Below are positions 11,726-23,222 of a stretch of 64,000 nt of DNA, piece by piece. The stretch comes from Octopus sinensis (Eukaryota): positions 70,184,001-70,248,000 of the forward strand of contig NC_043002.1 of NCBI RefSeq assembly GCF_006345805.1. Reading direction: 5' to 3'. The number at the start of each line of letters is the position of its first letter. Position 1 is the first letter of the stretch. Under the pieces are notes generated by a model that was given only the letters and a program-made list of their open reading frames with translations, ran no database searches and had not been told where the DNA came from. The position numbers were made by a program, and so were the translations under genes.

Positions 11726-12212
11726 AATGATGTGGTTTTCATAATTAGCACGCCAAACTAACTCTGAATAGAAAATTTCCAAAAACTTGGGCATAAATTA
11801 TCAAATGGAAAAGATCGTCTGCTACTTTGTTTGTTTGCGTGAGTGCATGTGTATGTGTGTGTGTGGGTGTGGGGGTATATGTATGCAGGGAAAGAAAATA
11901 TTGGCTAATATTGATAATTGATGCACAATGTGTGCATAATAAACGGGATCGTCGCAGCTGGAACGTTTTTGATCATATCCCTGCTGAATCTGGGATGAAC
12001 TGGGAATAAACCACCACCACCACCACCACCACCACAACAACAACAAGAACAGCCACCACCACCAACAACAACGGTAGCATAAACAACAACAACAAAACAC
12101 AGCAACAACGCAGCAACAAAAAAAACAAGACCTCTAAAAGAGCCAGTGACAAGGTCTCTGGTGACTCATCTAATTTGTTAGAAATAGCTGCCAATATATT
12201 TCCAACACACAA

Positions 12213-12425
12213 CGGCAGCGAGCTGGCAGAATCGTTACCGCGCCTCGAAAAAGGCTTACCAGCATTCCGTCCGTTTTTACGTTCTGGGTTCAAAAGCTGC
12301 CGAGGTCGACTTTGCCTTTCATCCTTTTGGGGTTCGATGAAATAAGTGCCACTTGAAACCTGGGGGTCAATCTAATCGTCTTACCTCTCTCCCAGAATTG
12401 ATAGCCTTGTACCGAAATTTGAAAA
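12213..12425 (+). mobile_element. SINE A copy (diverged)
   Basis: GCAGCGAGCTGGCAGAATCG...GGGTTCAAAAGCTGCCGAGGTCGACTTTGCCTTTCATCC. Confidence 0.8.
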
Positions 12426-12470
12426 TTATATCTTTCCAAATACATACTATCGCCTTAATGGCTATTAATA

Positions 12471-12691
12471 CTCTTTTTTACTCTAGGAACAAGGCCCGAA
12501 ATTTTTGGGGAGTGGACCAATCGATTAGATCGACCCCAGAATGCAACTGGCACTTAATTTATCGACCCCGAAGGGATGAAAGGCAAAGTCGACCTCGGCA
12601 CAATTTGAACTCAGAATGTAAAGCCAGATGAAAAGCTGCTAAGCATTTCGCCCGGCGTGCTTAACGTTTCTGCCAGCTCGCCGCCTTTTAC
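12471..12691 (-). mobile_element. SINE A copy with 12-bp TSD
   Basis: Full head, core and tail; TGGCTATTAATA at 12459-12470 and 12692-12703. Confidence 0.9.
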
Positions 12692-13099
12692 TGGCTATTA
12701 ATATTTGATTTAGGAACAATGGCAGCAATTTTTTTATCAGCCGTTACCCTAGTGCTGGAATAATATTTTATTTTAGCAGCTTTGGAAAGATGAAAGACAA
12801 AGTTGATCCCAGTGGATACCACTGCCGAGTGGTATTTTGACCTTATACTAGGATTAGAAAGAATTATTAAATTCTTTAGCATTTGGGAAATAAGTTGTTG
12901 GAAAAAAGGGAATAAATTAGAAAGAGACTGCAAAGGAAAGTAATCTAGAATAATGTTTTAAAATGGTACACTTAAATTCTGCGTTTAACGGTGTTAGCAA
13001 ATTACTTCTGATATCTACATTGATAATATAACTGAACACATCAGACGTATTCAATGTTAACAATTGACTCTCCATTTGATAAATTAACGTCCCTCAGAT

Positions 13100-13735
13100 T
13101 GACTAAGAAAATGTTTGTAATAATTTAATGGATGATATAGAATAACTTAGTGGAATAATACTTATAGAATAATACTTATGCTGTTATAGGATGTTTAAAA
13201 TATCGTGATGCATAACTCCAAATTCCCATTGTTAGATATCAGGGATCAGAACTCTATTATACTTATTACTAAAATACTACTATTTAATACACTTAATTTT
13301 TCTAGATAATTGATAGTAACTCTGGTTTCACTGTCGGTATCATTTCATATGCGAGAGAGTAAAACTATTGTGTTCTTTGACAATTTTATCTGGATTAAAA
13401 AATTTTCAATATTCCTTTCGATGTTAGGATGTGTGGAAGCAATTTCGGCATAAAATAGTGACATAGTAGAAGCATATACACAAGCTTAGAAAAGAAATAT
13501 ACAAAGACAAAACAATAGTTTTTTTGTCCCACAATAATCCCCAAAACTTTACTTATCATCTAATAATCCTTTGTTGACCCATATCGCAAATTTAATGCAA
13601 TTTTTAAAACTATATTCATAGAAAATCTAACCATTATCAGCAAAAATATTAGAATATTTCTCTTAGACTTTCAAATACTTCAAACAACAAGTAAATTTTC
13701 GGGAATATTTTTCTGTATTATAAGGAAGATCATTA
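13100..13735 (+). mobile_element. Highly decayed PLE RT/linker remnant
   Basis: Scattered motifs MDDI (about 13128), IPLLDI and VPHNNPQN appear in the order expected for PLE RT domains; heavily eroded. Confidence 0.35.
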
Positions 13736-13738
13736 CTC

Positions 13739-13972
13739 TTTTACTCTTTTACTTGTTTCAGTCATTTGACTGTGGCCATGCTGGAGCACCGCCTTTAGTC
13801 GAGCAAATCGACCCCATGACTTATTCTTTGTAAGTCTAGTACTTATTCGATCAGTGTATTTTGCCGAGCCGCTAAGTTACGGAGAGGTAAACACCAGCAT
13901 TCGTTGTCAAGCGATGTTTGGGGGACAAACACAGACACACACACACACACCACACACACACACACACACATA

Positions 13973-14009
<37 letters not shown>

Positions 14010-15458
14010 CGACGATACTTCCGTCGTAACTGCTATCCTGTCTTTCTCGCCCGCCTTCTAAGGCTACTGGTGGACTATTTTCTCTCTCTCGTCGTCCACG
14101 ATAATCCAGCGTTTGCAATACTTTTTTCGTCTGGCGTTAAAAGCCCTTCTTATCTTGTTCTCCTTTGTCCTCTCTCTCACTGTATATTTTTATTTTCCAA
14201 TGTTTATATATATATATTTTACTGTTTATATGTTTGTACTGTCGTTACCGTCTTGCTTTTTTTTACCCCTCTGCGAAAAGATCTCAGAATTTTAATTGAT
14301 TTGCTTTTCGCGGGAAGGAAGTTTTCTTCGAAGTATACGTCTCGTTTATCCTTCGAAACGTTTAGTAGATGAAACCTTAGCGACTGAAGAAGGGGATTTT
14401 TCGTTGTGCTTATTGTCCTGTATATCTCTTTTTTTGCTTGTCTTGTTCCTTGGTTTGTGTCTATGTGTTCGTCTCTCTATGTGTTCGACGTCTTTTTGGT
14501 GTCCTGTACACATATATGCGTGTATATGTACATGTAGAGGTAGGTACGTACATATATGTTTATATATATGCATATGTTCTATTTTATTAAATATATACGA
14601 CTAACGCACGCACCCTATTAAGTAAGATTGTTCTGTTTATCAAGTTAGCCTTGATATTAACTCTCACGCGACTCTGCATCTTTCTTTCTTTCTCTCCATT
14701 CCCTTTTTCGTCTTTTTTTCCCTCACTTAACTTGTGTCTCTTCCTCTCTCTCTCATTCTTCATTCTCTCTCTCCCTTTCACCATTCTTCATGGTCTCCTC
14801 GCACCATTCCCCTTCTTCTCTCTCTTATCTTGCTCCTCCTCCCCCATTCCGTCGTCCATCTGCGACGATACTTCCGTCGTAACTGCTATCCTGTCCTTTC
14901 TCGCCGCCTTCTAAGGTACTGGTCGACTATTTTCTCTCTCTCGTCGTCCACGATAATCCAGCGTTTGCATACTTTTTTCGTCTGGCGTTAACAGCCCTTC
15001 TTATCTTGTTCTCCTTGTCCTGTCTCTCACTGTTATATTTTTATTTTTCCACTGTTTATATGTATTTTTTACTGTTTATATGTTTGTACTGTCGTTACCG
15101 TCTTGCTTTTTTTTACCCCTCTGCGAAAAGATCTCAGAATTTTAATTGATTTGCTTTTCGCGGGAAGGAAGGTTTCTTCGAAGTATACGTCTTGCTTTTA
15201 TCCTTCGAAACGTTTAGTAGATGAAACCTTAGCGACTGAAGAAGGGGATTTTTCGTTGTGCTTATGTCCTGTATCTCTCTTTTTTTGCTTGTCTGTCCTG
15301 GTTTGTGTCTATGTGTTTCGTCTCTCTATGTGTTCGACGTCTTTTTGGTGTCCTGTACACATATATGCGGTATATGTACATGTAGAGGTAGGTACGTACA
15401 TATATGTTTATATATATGCATATGTTCTATTTTATTAACATATATATATATATATATA

Positions 15459-15499
<41 letters not shown>

Positions 15500-15520
15500 A
15501 TATATATATATAAATATATA

Positions 15521-15560
<40 letters not shown>

Positions 15561-15769
15561 TATATATATATAAATTAGAAAGAAAACACCTTTTTATCAA
15601 TTCAAAATGAACAATTAAATACACCATCTAGAAAATTACATATAATAGAAATATAAAAAATAAATAACAATAATATACCGATGAATAAGTAAATTGCAAA
15701 ATAATAATAAAAACGTATATATTTGGTAAGTTAGGAATAATATTCCCTCAAATAATTATTATTATAGCC

Positions 15770-15854
<85 letters not shown>

Positions 15855-16010
15855 TACGACGGCTTCTTTCAGTTTCCGTCTACCAAATCCACTCACAAGG
15901 ATTTGTCGGCCCGAGGCTATAGTTGAAGACATTTGCCCAAGGTGCCACGCAATGGGACTGAACCCGGAACCATGTGGTTGGTTAACAAGCTATTTACCGC
16001 ACAGCCACTC
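13739..16010 (-). mobile_element. SINE B split by about 1.8 kb of insertions in its internal (TA)n (3' half 13739-13975, 5' half 15851-16010)
   Basis: The two halves join into a complete SINE B consensus on the minus strand, and both borders of the insert are (TA)n runs. Confidence 0.8.
14008..15440 (+). mobile_element. Partial tandem repeat (14008-14600 and 14864-15440), PLE pseudo-LTR-like
   Basis: An ~580-bp unit starting GCGACGATACTTCCGTCGTAACTG is duplicated. It carries decayed hammerhead-like pieces (CTTCGAAACGTT; GACTGAAGAAGGGG), and a pyrimidine-rich spacer separates the copies. Confidence 0.55.
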
Positions 16011-16289
16011 GAGAAAATGCATCGGATAACCCATGCAAACAGTTACTTATAGAAATAAGAGAGAAAAAAAAAAAGAAACTACAAATTACTTCACCCCTTT
16101 TAATGTAGCAGTTGGTATCTTATAACCAAATTTTTCTTCTAATTCCTTAAGAAATTCTTCTCATCACAGCATAAATATTACTTATCTTTGCTTAATTCTT
16201 TACTTTGTTTTATTTTTTGTTTGGAACAACTGAAGAATCGAACCAAACCAACCGAAATGTCTCCTTGATTTTTAATTCACTTGCTAAGA

Positions 16290-16640
16290 TATACATTATC
16301 AGTGTACCGTATTTATGAATAAATCTTCTAAGTTATGCATTGGCCTCGCCTCTAATCCATTTCCATTCCATTGCAACCTGCATATTCATAAATTCCGATG
16401 CAAATTCCAAAGATACGACACTTCACCGGCGAGCTATCTTTGGGATTGAAAAGCAGAAATAAGCAATATAAATTAAAATGGAACAATTTATCAGAAGCAA
16501 CATCACACCCAGGAAACGGAAGACATTGCAATCTTTGCACAACTGAAAACTTGAAAAATGATTTTTTTTCAAGGCTTCTATCCAAAGCAAACACTCTGCT
16601 AAAAAAATCTTTAACGTTTTAAACTCGAACAGGCAAATAT
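16290..16640 (+). pseudogene. PLE GIY-YIG endonuclease remnant
   Basis: KLCIGLASNPF..., GELSLGLKSRNKQYKLKW, and GRHCNLCTTE matching the C-terminal W...CxLC..EK motif of this PLE group. Confidence 0.65.
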
Positions 16641-16907
16641 TTACATTAAAGATTACATTCCTCATATAAGATGTGAGGAAAGTAATGCATTATGATTATT
16701 AGAACTACATTTTTGGGTCTCTTACTTAAATAGGCAAAGAAATGAAAAAGTTAAACGTCTACGGCAAAAGCCGTTCTAATTTTAACCAAGGCCTCTACCG
16801 GACATCACCTGTGATCCCAGTGGACAGTTGTTCCACGTAAAAATGGTCTTGTAAGCTGTGTGAGGCATTGACATAAACGAATAAATATTTACTCGATATC
16901 GAGAACT

Positions 16908-17005
16908 AGCTGCTGCTGCCTCTGCCACTTCTGCTGCCGCTGCCGCTACCGCCGCTGCTGCTTCTGTTGCTTCTGCTGCCGCTGCTGCTGCCGCTGCCGC
17001 CGCCG
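16908..17005. repeat. (GCT/GCC)n triplet run
   Basis: Direct reading. Confidence 0.9.
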
Positions 17006-18386
17006 ATGTGTTTCAGCAATTGATTTAGTAATTTAAACAAAAATGAGCCAAGAGAAATGACTGAGAAAGGTTAGTGGTATGTATTCGATCAACAAAAACA
17101 AATATAAGTATATCAGATACCATACGACTCTAAGTCTTTTTTAATTAAAATTATCTCCACTTCTGGAGGTTGTATCATAATTATCAAACGGTAGTTAAGA
17201 CCATCTCCCTATGAGAAGGGGAGCTAAACTTTTGAAGCAAGAATTCCCCAAAGTTGACGTGCCCTTAAGGAACAGGACAGGCTTATTCTCTGATAAGATG
17301 ACAGTCGTGGGCACATGTTTCTGCCTCAATAGACGCCATCGGCACGACAATTCTCCGATACCATATTCAGTAGTCAAAGAACTCAGACTTAAGCAAAAAA
17401 TGGAGAACATATTTATGGCTTAGTTGATATGCATAACTTAAAGAAAACTGTGCTGAAAGAACTAACTTGCTACGAGTATATCAAATAACGTACAATATAA
17501 ATTCTCGATTTATTAGAATCATCTCCGCCTGTTGAGAATATATTATAATTTACTAGATATCAATTAAGACGAAATCCGCTTGAGAAACCTTGACTTTAAA
17601 AAATTTACATTTTTCTCCAATCATTTATAGGTAGAAGTTCTGTCTGTTTAACCCAAGTAATCCGATATTTCGCTTTCTAATGCAAAAAAACCAAAAACAT
17701 TTACCTAAATATAATTTAAAATTCTAATAATATTCTATTTGTGATTCATTTCATTTTTGCATTTACTTAAATTTTAATCTCAACTGTAGTTCCTTAAATA
17801 CTTCTATTTATTTGCTTGTTTTTCTTACATTTATTTGTTTGTTTTTCTTGTCTTTATTTTATGTATAAACCTCACTCACCTTTCTACCATTTCATACACA
17901 TTCGCTTGCACACGGTTTTTTTAAATATTTTATATCTGTATATATATACAAACAGGGATAGGTATGGGAGAGTGTATGCATTTAAGTTTAAGTATATCTT
18001 TAAATATGGATTTTTATATTCGTATTGTATGCATGCTTATAGCTAGACACACATAGGTACTCATAGAGATGCACATGTGTATATGTGTGTGTATGTGTAT
18101 GGGTTTACATGTTTACAGATTAGTATGCTCATATGTACGTGTGTATGTATGTATTGTATGCATGTATGCATTTATTTTCATATATATATATGCACACGCG
18201 CGTTTCCGCACACATACACACACGCATATATGCTAACACACGCATATGTATGTATATTTACATATTGTGTTGTATGTCTGTATGAGCGTGAATACATCAG
18301 AATATGTACGTCTATCTTTGCGTCAACATTTGTAAACATATATATTTGCATGTGTATCTGCTTATGAAACTGTATTTGTATGTACG

Positions 18387-18474
<88 letters not shown>

Positions 18475-18477
18475 AAA

Positions 18478-18587
18478 CTTTTACTCTTTTACTTGTTTCA
18501 GTCATTTGACTGTGGCCATGCTAGAGCACCGACTTTTAGTCGTGCAAATCAACCCCAGGACTTATTCTTTGTAAGCCTAGTACTTAT

Positions 18588-18590
<3 letters not shown>
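18478..18590 (-). mobile_element. 5'-truncated SINE B tail inside a (TCTA)n array
   Basis: CTTTTACTCTTTTACTTGTTTCAGTCATTTGACTG...CTAGTACTTATTCTATC, flanked by (TCTA)n at about 18388-18472 and 18586-18656. Confidence 0.85.
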
Positions 18591-18657
<67 letters not shown>

Positions 18658-19159
18658 CATCCATCCATCCATCCATCCATCCATTCATTCATCCATTTAT
18701 AATAGAATGTACATATATGAAGTAATCCCTCGAGTGGAACACTTTATAAACTGCAACCTGAATATTTTCCAGATTTTAAAGGAATGTGTGTTAATCAATG
18801 ATCTGATTAGTGAATTAATCCCAGTCAAATCACAAAATCAGGCTATTCGCCAATCGTAGCGGTTCGGATCGAGGATCAAAGCAGTTTTAATAAAATAAGC
18901 ACAATAAATTGAAAAAAAATCAACAAAAAAACAAAACAAAACAAAAACAACAACAGCATATAAAAATATACATATAAATTAATAAAAAAGATGTAAAAAA
19001 TCGTGAAAAGAAATTACAAAAGAGGAAGAAATTAAATAATAAATGAAATTAAATTCTTTGTTGGTTAATGAAACATTATTTTGCAAACATAGCCACGACG
19101 ATGATGAGGGCAAATGCAGCATTGAAGACTAGAAAAAAAAAACGTGGCATCAGCAGTGG

Positions 19160-19639
19160 TTCCACCATCCTCACCACTACCACCACCACCACCACCACCA
19201 CTGCCAACAGCAACAGCAACAATAGATTTCACTGCTGCTGCTACTGGTTATGGTGTTGCTGTTGGTGCTATTACTGGTAGTGGTAGTAGTGGTGGTGGCG
19301 GTGGTGGTGGTAGTAGTAGCAGTAGTGGTGGTGGTGATGGTGGTGATAGTTTTGTTGATGTTGATGACTGTGAGGATGATGTAGATTGTCAATGCTGATG
19401 ATACTGAAATAGATGTTGATGCCGCTATTGCGGCTGCTGCTGCTGCTGACGATGATGATGATGACGGCGGTGACGATGGTGACGATGATGATGACGATGA
19501 TGATGATGACGGCGGCGGCGGTTTCGGTAGTAGTGGTGGTGGGTGTCATGATGATGCTGATGATGGTGGTGGTGGTGGTGGTGGTGGTGGTAGTGGTGAA
19601 GAAGACAACAATAGCGATGACGACGACGACGACGACGAC

Positions 19640-19682
<43 letters not shown>

Positions 19683-19685
19683 GTT
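19160..19685. repeat. Compound trinucleotide block (CAC/GGT/GAT/GAC)
   Basis: Direct reading. Confidence 0.93.
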
Positions 19686-19949
19686 TAAGTTACAATACTT
19701 GTCACATGTCTTGTGACAGGAGGTTTTGATTTGGCAGTTACTTTTGTTGGTTAGAACCCCTAACGTGTTTATCCTTTATGTAAGGCAGCAGGGTTCGATA
19801 GGTGGGTGAACTGGCTGCTAATTCTAACAGGTCACACCGCAACATACGTACTCACCCTTCACTGACTCGTTACTGATACACTTTCCTAGGATAAAAGGCA
19901 TCGAAGCCCAAACCACTCATTTTATTTTTTTAAGCTAATTTATCCAGAT

Positions 19950-20163
19950 GGTCCGGCAGCTTGTTGGCAACATGTCCGCCGAGTCCAAATTCCGTTACGT
20001 TCTGAGTTCAAATTCCGCTGAGGTCGACCTTGCCTTTCATCCTTTCGGGGTCGATTAAATAAGTACCAGTTACACACTGGGATCGATGTAATCGACCTAA
20101 TCCCTTTGTCTGTCCTTGTTTGTTCCCTCTATGTTTAGCCCCCTGTGGGCAATAAAGAAATAA
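19950..20163 (+). mobile_element. SINE A, linker-tail subtype
   Basis: Core followed by AATCCCTTTGTCTGTCCTTGTTTG...GCAATAAAGAAATAA with no further unit. Confidence 0.85.
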
Positions 20164-20249
20164 ATAATATGTCCTTCGTAGGTGGTTTTCTGGCTAAACT
20201 TCCTTTTGTCACATATACTCTATTTACGGGTGTATAAGTGTCTACTACT

Positions 20250-20314
20250 ATAGCCTCGGGCCGACCAAAGCCTTGTGAGTGAATTTGGTAGACGGAAACT
20301 GAAAGACGCCCGTC

Positions 20315-20354
<40 letters not shown>

Positions 20355-20590
20355 CTGTGTGTGTGTGTGTATGTGTTTGTGTGTCTGTGTTTGCTCCCCC
20401 CCTCATAACATCACTTGATAACCGATGCTGGTGTGTTTACGTCTACGTAACTTAGCGGTTCGGCAAAAGAGACCGATAGAATAAGTACTAGGCTTACAAA
20501 AAAAGTCCTAGGGTGGATTTGCTCGACTAAAGGCGGTGCTCCAGTATTGCCACACTCAAATGAATGAAACAAATAAAAGAGTAAAAGAGT
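20250..20590 (+). mobile_element. SINE B, 5'-truncated
   Basis: CTACTATAGCCTCGGGCCGACC...internal (TA)n...GGCGGTGCTCCAG...AATAAAAGAGTAAAAGAG. Confidence 0.88.
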
Positions 20591-20908
20591 CTGGTACTTA
20601 TTCTATCGGTATCTTTTGCTGAACCGATAATTTACAGGGACGTAAACACACGAAAACCGGTAGACAAGCGGTAGTGGAGGACAGACAGACACACGCACGC
20701 ACTCATACACATACGCGCGTGCGCACACACATACATATATGATGGGCTTCTTTCAGTTTTCATCTACCAAATCCACTCACAAGGCTTTGGTCGGCTCGAG
20801 GCTATGGTAGAAAACGCTTGCCGCCCAAAGTACTACATATCGGGATTGAACCCGGAGTCATGTGTTTGGGAAACAAGTTTCTTACCACACAGCCACTCCT
20901 GCGCCTAT
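20591..20908 (-). mobile_element. SINE B, tail-truncated, inverted against the previous copy
   Basis: Reverse complement from TACTTATTCTATCGG to CACAGCCACTCCTGCGCC. Confidence 0.85.
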
Positions 20909-20987
20909 GACGAGAAAAAAATTGCACCAATATTTAACACTGAGTTATGAGTGCGACTTTTACTCGAATGCAGTATATACGAGTAAG

Positions 20988-21220
20988 GCGGCGAGCTGGC
21001 AGAAACGTTAGCATGCCGGACGAAATGCTTTGTGGTATTTTCGTCCGCCGCTGCGTTCTGAGTTCAAATTCCGCCGAGGTCGACTTTGCCTTTCATCCAT
21101 TGAGGTCGATAAATTAAGTACCAGTTACGCTCTGGGGTCGATGTAATCGACCTAATCCGTTTGTCTCTCCTTGTTTGTCCCCTCTATGTTTAGCCCCTTG
21201 TGGGCAATAAAGAAATAAGG
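20988..21220 (+). mobile_element. SINE A single-core linker-tail subtype with 20-bp TSD
   Basis: ATGC(A/T)GTATATACGAGTAAG at 20968-20987 and 21221-21240. Confidence 0.92.
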
Positions 21221-21779
21221 ATGCTGTATATACGAGTAAGTACGGTATATATGGCGAAAATGGTTTGGTAAACTATAAAAATGCTTTTAAGAAAATGTGC
21301 ATTTAGCGCAGATTGCAGTGCACAAGGCATACTTTCATTAGATTTGTTCACTTAGTGATAGAATTAAAATGTTGCTTTTTAAAGGTTACATTAAGCCAGT
21401 TCTGTTCTGCAGTAGTGAGCACGATTAAAAACATTAATACAAAAAGAACTACAGCGTAGAAGATAAATATTAGCCATTCAAAAACACATAAAGACTCTTA
21501 ACATCACTTAGACATTTATCATTTGGTGCTACGTGAACAGTTTTTGTATGTTTTTTGAATGACTAATATGTGTTCCACACTTTAATTGTTTTAGTTTCAA
21601 CGCACGGTCTCACATCAAATCACTTGCGTGACAAGTGAATGCCTGGCAAATACACTTCCAAAAGTTCAATAATTAAGTAGAAACAATACATATAAACCAA
21701 TGACATGAATATATCGAAATAGTATTATAAGGGAGGGTTTTACTGAATGAATTACGTAAATACATTCTCAATTGGCGTT

Positions 21780-21934
21780 GGAGTGGCTGTGTGGTAAGTA
21801 GCTTGCTTACCAGCCACATGGTTCCGGGTTCAGTCTCACTGCGTGGCACATTGGGCAAGTGCCTTCTACTATAGTCTCGGGCCGACCAAAACCTTGTGAG
21901 TGGATTTGGTAGACGGAAACTGAAAAAAGCCTGT

Positions 21935-22005
<71 letters not shown>

Positions 22006-22175
22006 GTGTTTGTCTCCCCAACATCGCTTGACAACCAATGCTGGTGTGTTTACGCCCCCGTAGCATTAGCGGTTCGGCAAAAGAGACCGATAGAATAAGT
22101 ACTTTGATTGGCTAAAGGCGGTGCTCCAGCATGGCTGCAGTCAAATGACTGAAACAAGTGAAAGAAAGGAAGAAA
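21780..22175 (+). mobile_element. SINE B copy
   Basis: Full head, internal (TA)n(TG)n, and tail; a short internal deletion precedes GGCGGTGCTCC. Confidence 0.9.
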
Positions 22176-22290
22176 GAAAGAAAAGAATGAATTGAGATGT
22201 TTCCTACATAAGGGGCGATGTAATCGACTAGCCACCTCTCCCCAAATTTTGAGGCCTGTGCCAACTGTAGAAAGGATTATTATTATTATT

Positions 22291-22815
22291 GAGTGAGAGA
22301 GCAGTTCATGCCATCAAAGTGACACTGGGGTAAAATATACGAAGCCCAATATACCCATCATAACTACCCGTCTGATAAAGGTACACCAGGCACATGCATC
22401 ACAACCATATGTGCGCGACATGGTGATCTCATATCAAGATAAACAGCACATGACCTTGCAGGTGGGGCCCAGTTAGAATTTTCTTCAGGTTGAGTAGCCC
22501 ATCCCGCTCAAACGGTCCCTGAATAAGGATTGTTTAAGGATGTTGAAAGAACCACCCATGTTTCCAGAGGTGAACTATTCAAACACCAAAGAATCCCTCT
22601 CAACACATGGCTATGATGTTCCCCCACTACTTCTGCTCGTGATCAGAGATGCACATATCGTCAGCCACTAAGGGACATGCTCAACTGGTTAAGGTCAAAC
22701 AACTGACAAGCAAATCTGTGGTATTGAGCAGAATATTTGCTGTAGCCCATCTTTTATACCAAGACAAAACAATGTACATGATAGCACTTCAAATCAGTTA
22801 AGATCAGAAGCCATG

Positions 22816-22816
<1 letters not shown>
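22291..22816. mobile_element. About 526-bp non-coding insertion embedded in an (ATT)n array
   Basis: Complex sequence bounded sharply by (ATT)n at 22276-22290 and 22817-22875; no ORF of 60 aa or more. Confidence 0.55.
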
Positions 22817-22875
<59 letters not shown>

Positions 22876-22877
<2 letters not shown>

Positions 22878-23146
22878 AGAATAAAAAGTTTTGAATGGCG
22901 CAACAATGCACAATAATATAGACAAAGGGATATATACCTGTTGTAATTTAGTCATCCATAGTCTGATATGATATTTCGGAATAATATTCCTTCTTCAGAT
23001 ACAGCGACTCCATCTAAGAATATCTGAAGAAGGAATATTATTCCGAAATATCCTATCAGACTATGGATGACTAAATTATAATAGGAATATAGCACATTGT
23101 CTGGATTATAGTGCATTGTTGTACTATTCAAAAGTTTTTATTCGTT
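22876..23146. repeat. 271-bp inverted repeat (126-bp arms, 19-bp spacer) with hammerhead-like cores
   Basis: Arms 22876-23001 and 23021-23146. The inner 71 bp differ at 4 positions. Each arm contains CTGAAGA-A-GGAA-TATTA-TTCC-GAAA. Confidence 0.92.
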
Positions 23147-23188
23147 ACAAACAATACACAATGCTTCTAGCGAACTACAATACTCTCC

Positions 23189-23220
<32 letters not shown>

Positions 23221-23222
<2 letters not shown>

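Noticed and set aside
16228-16265. CTGAAGAA...CCGAAATGTC hammerhead-like string
   Set aside because: Core words are present, but stems I and II do not pair.
16908-17005. Poly-alanine-like coding stretch
   Set aside because: A simple GCN triplet run with no open flanking frame or splice support.
17195-17423. Overlapping 70-aa ORFs on both strands in unique sequence
   Set aside because: No family similarity recognised and no supporting splice context.
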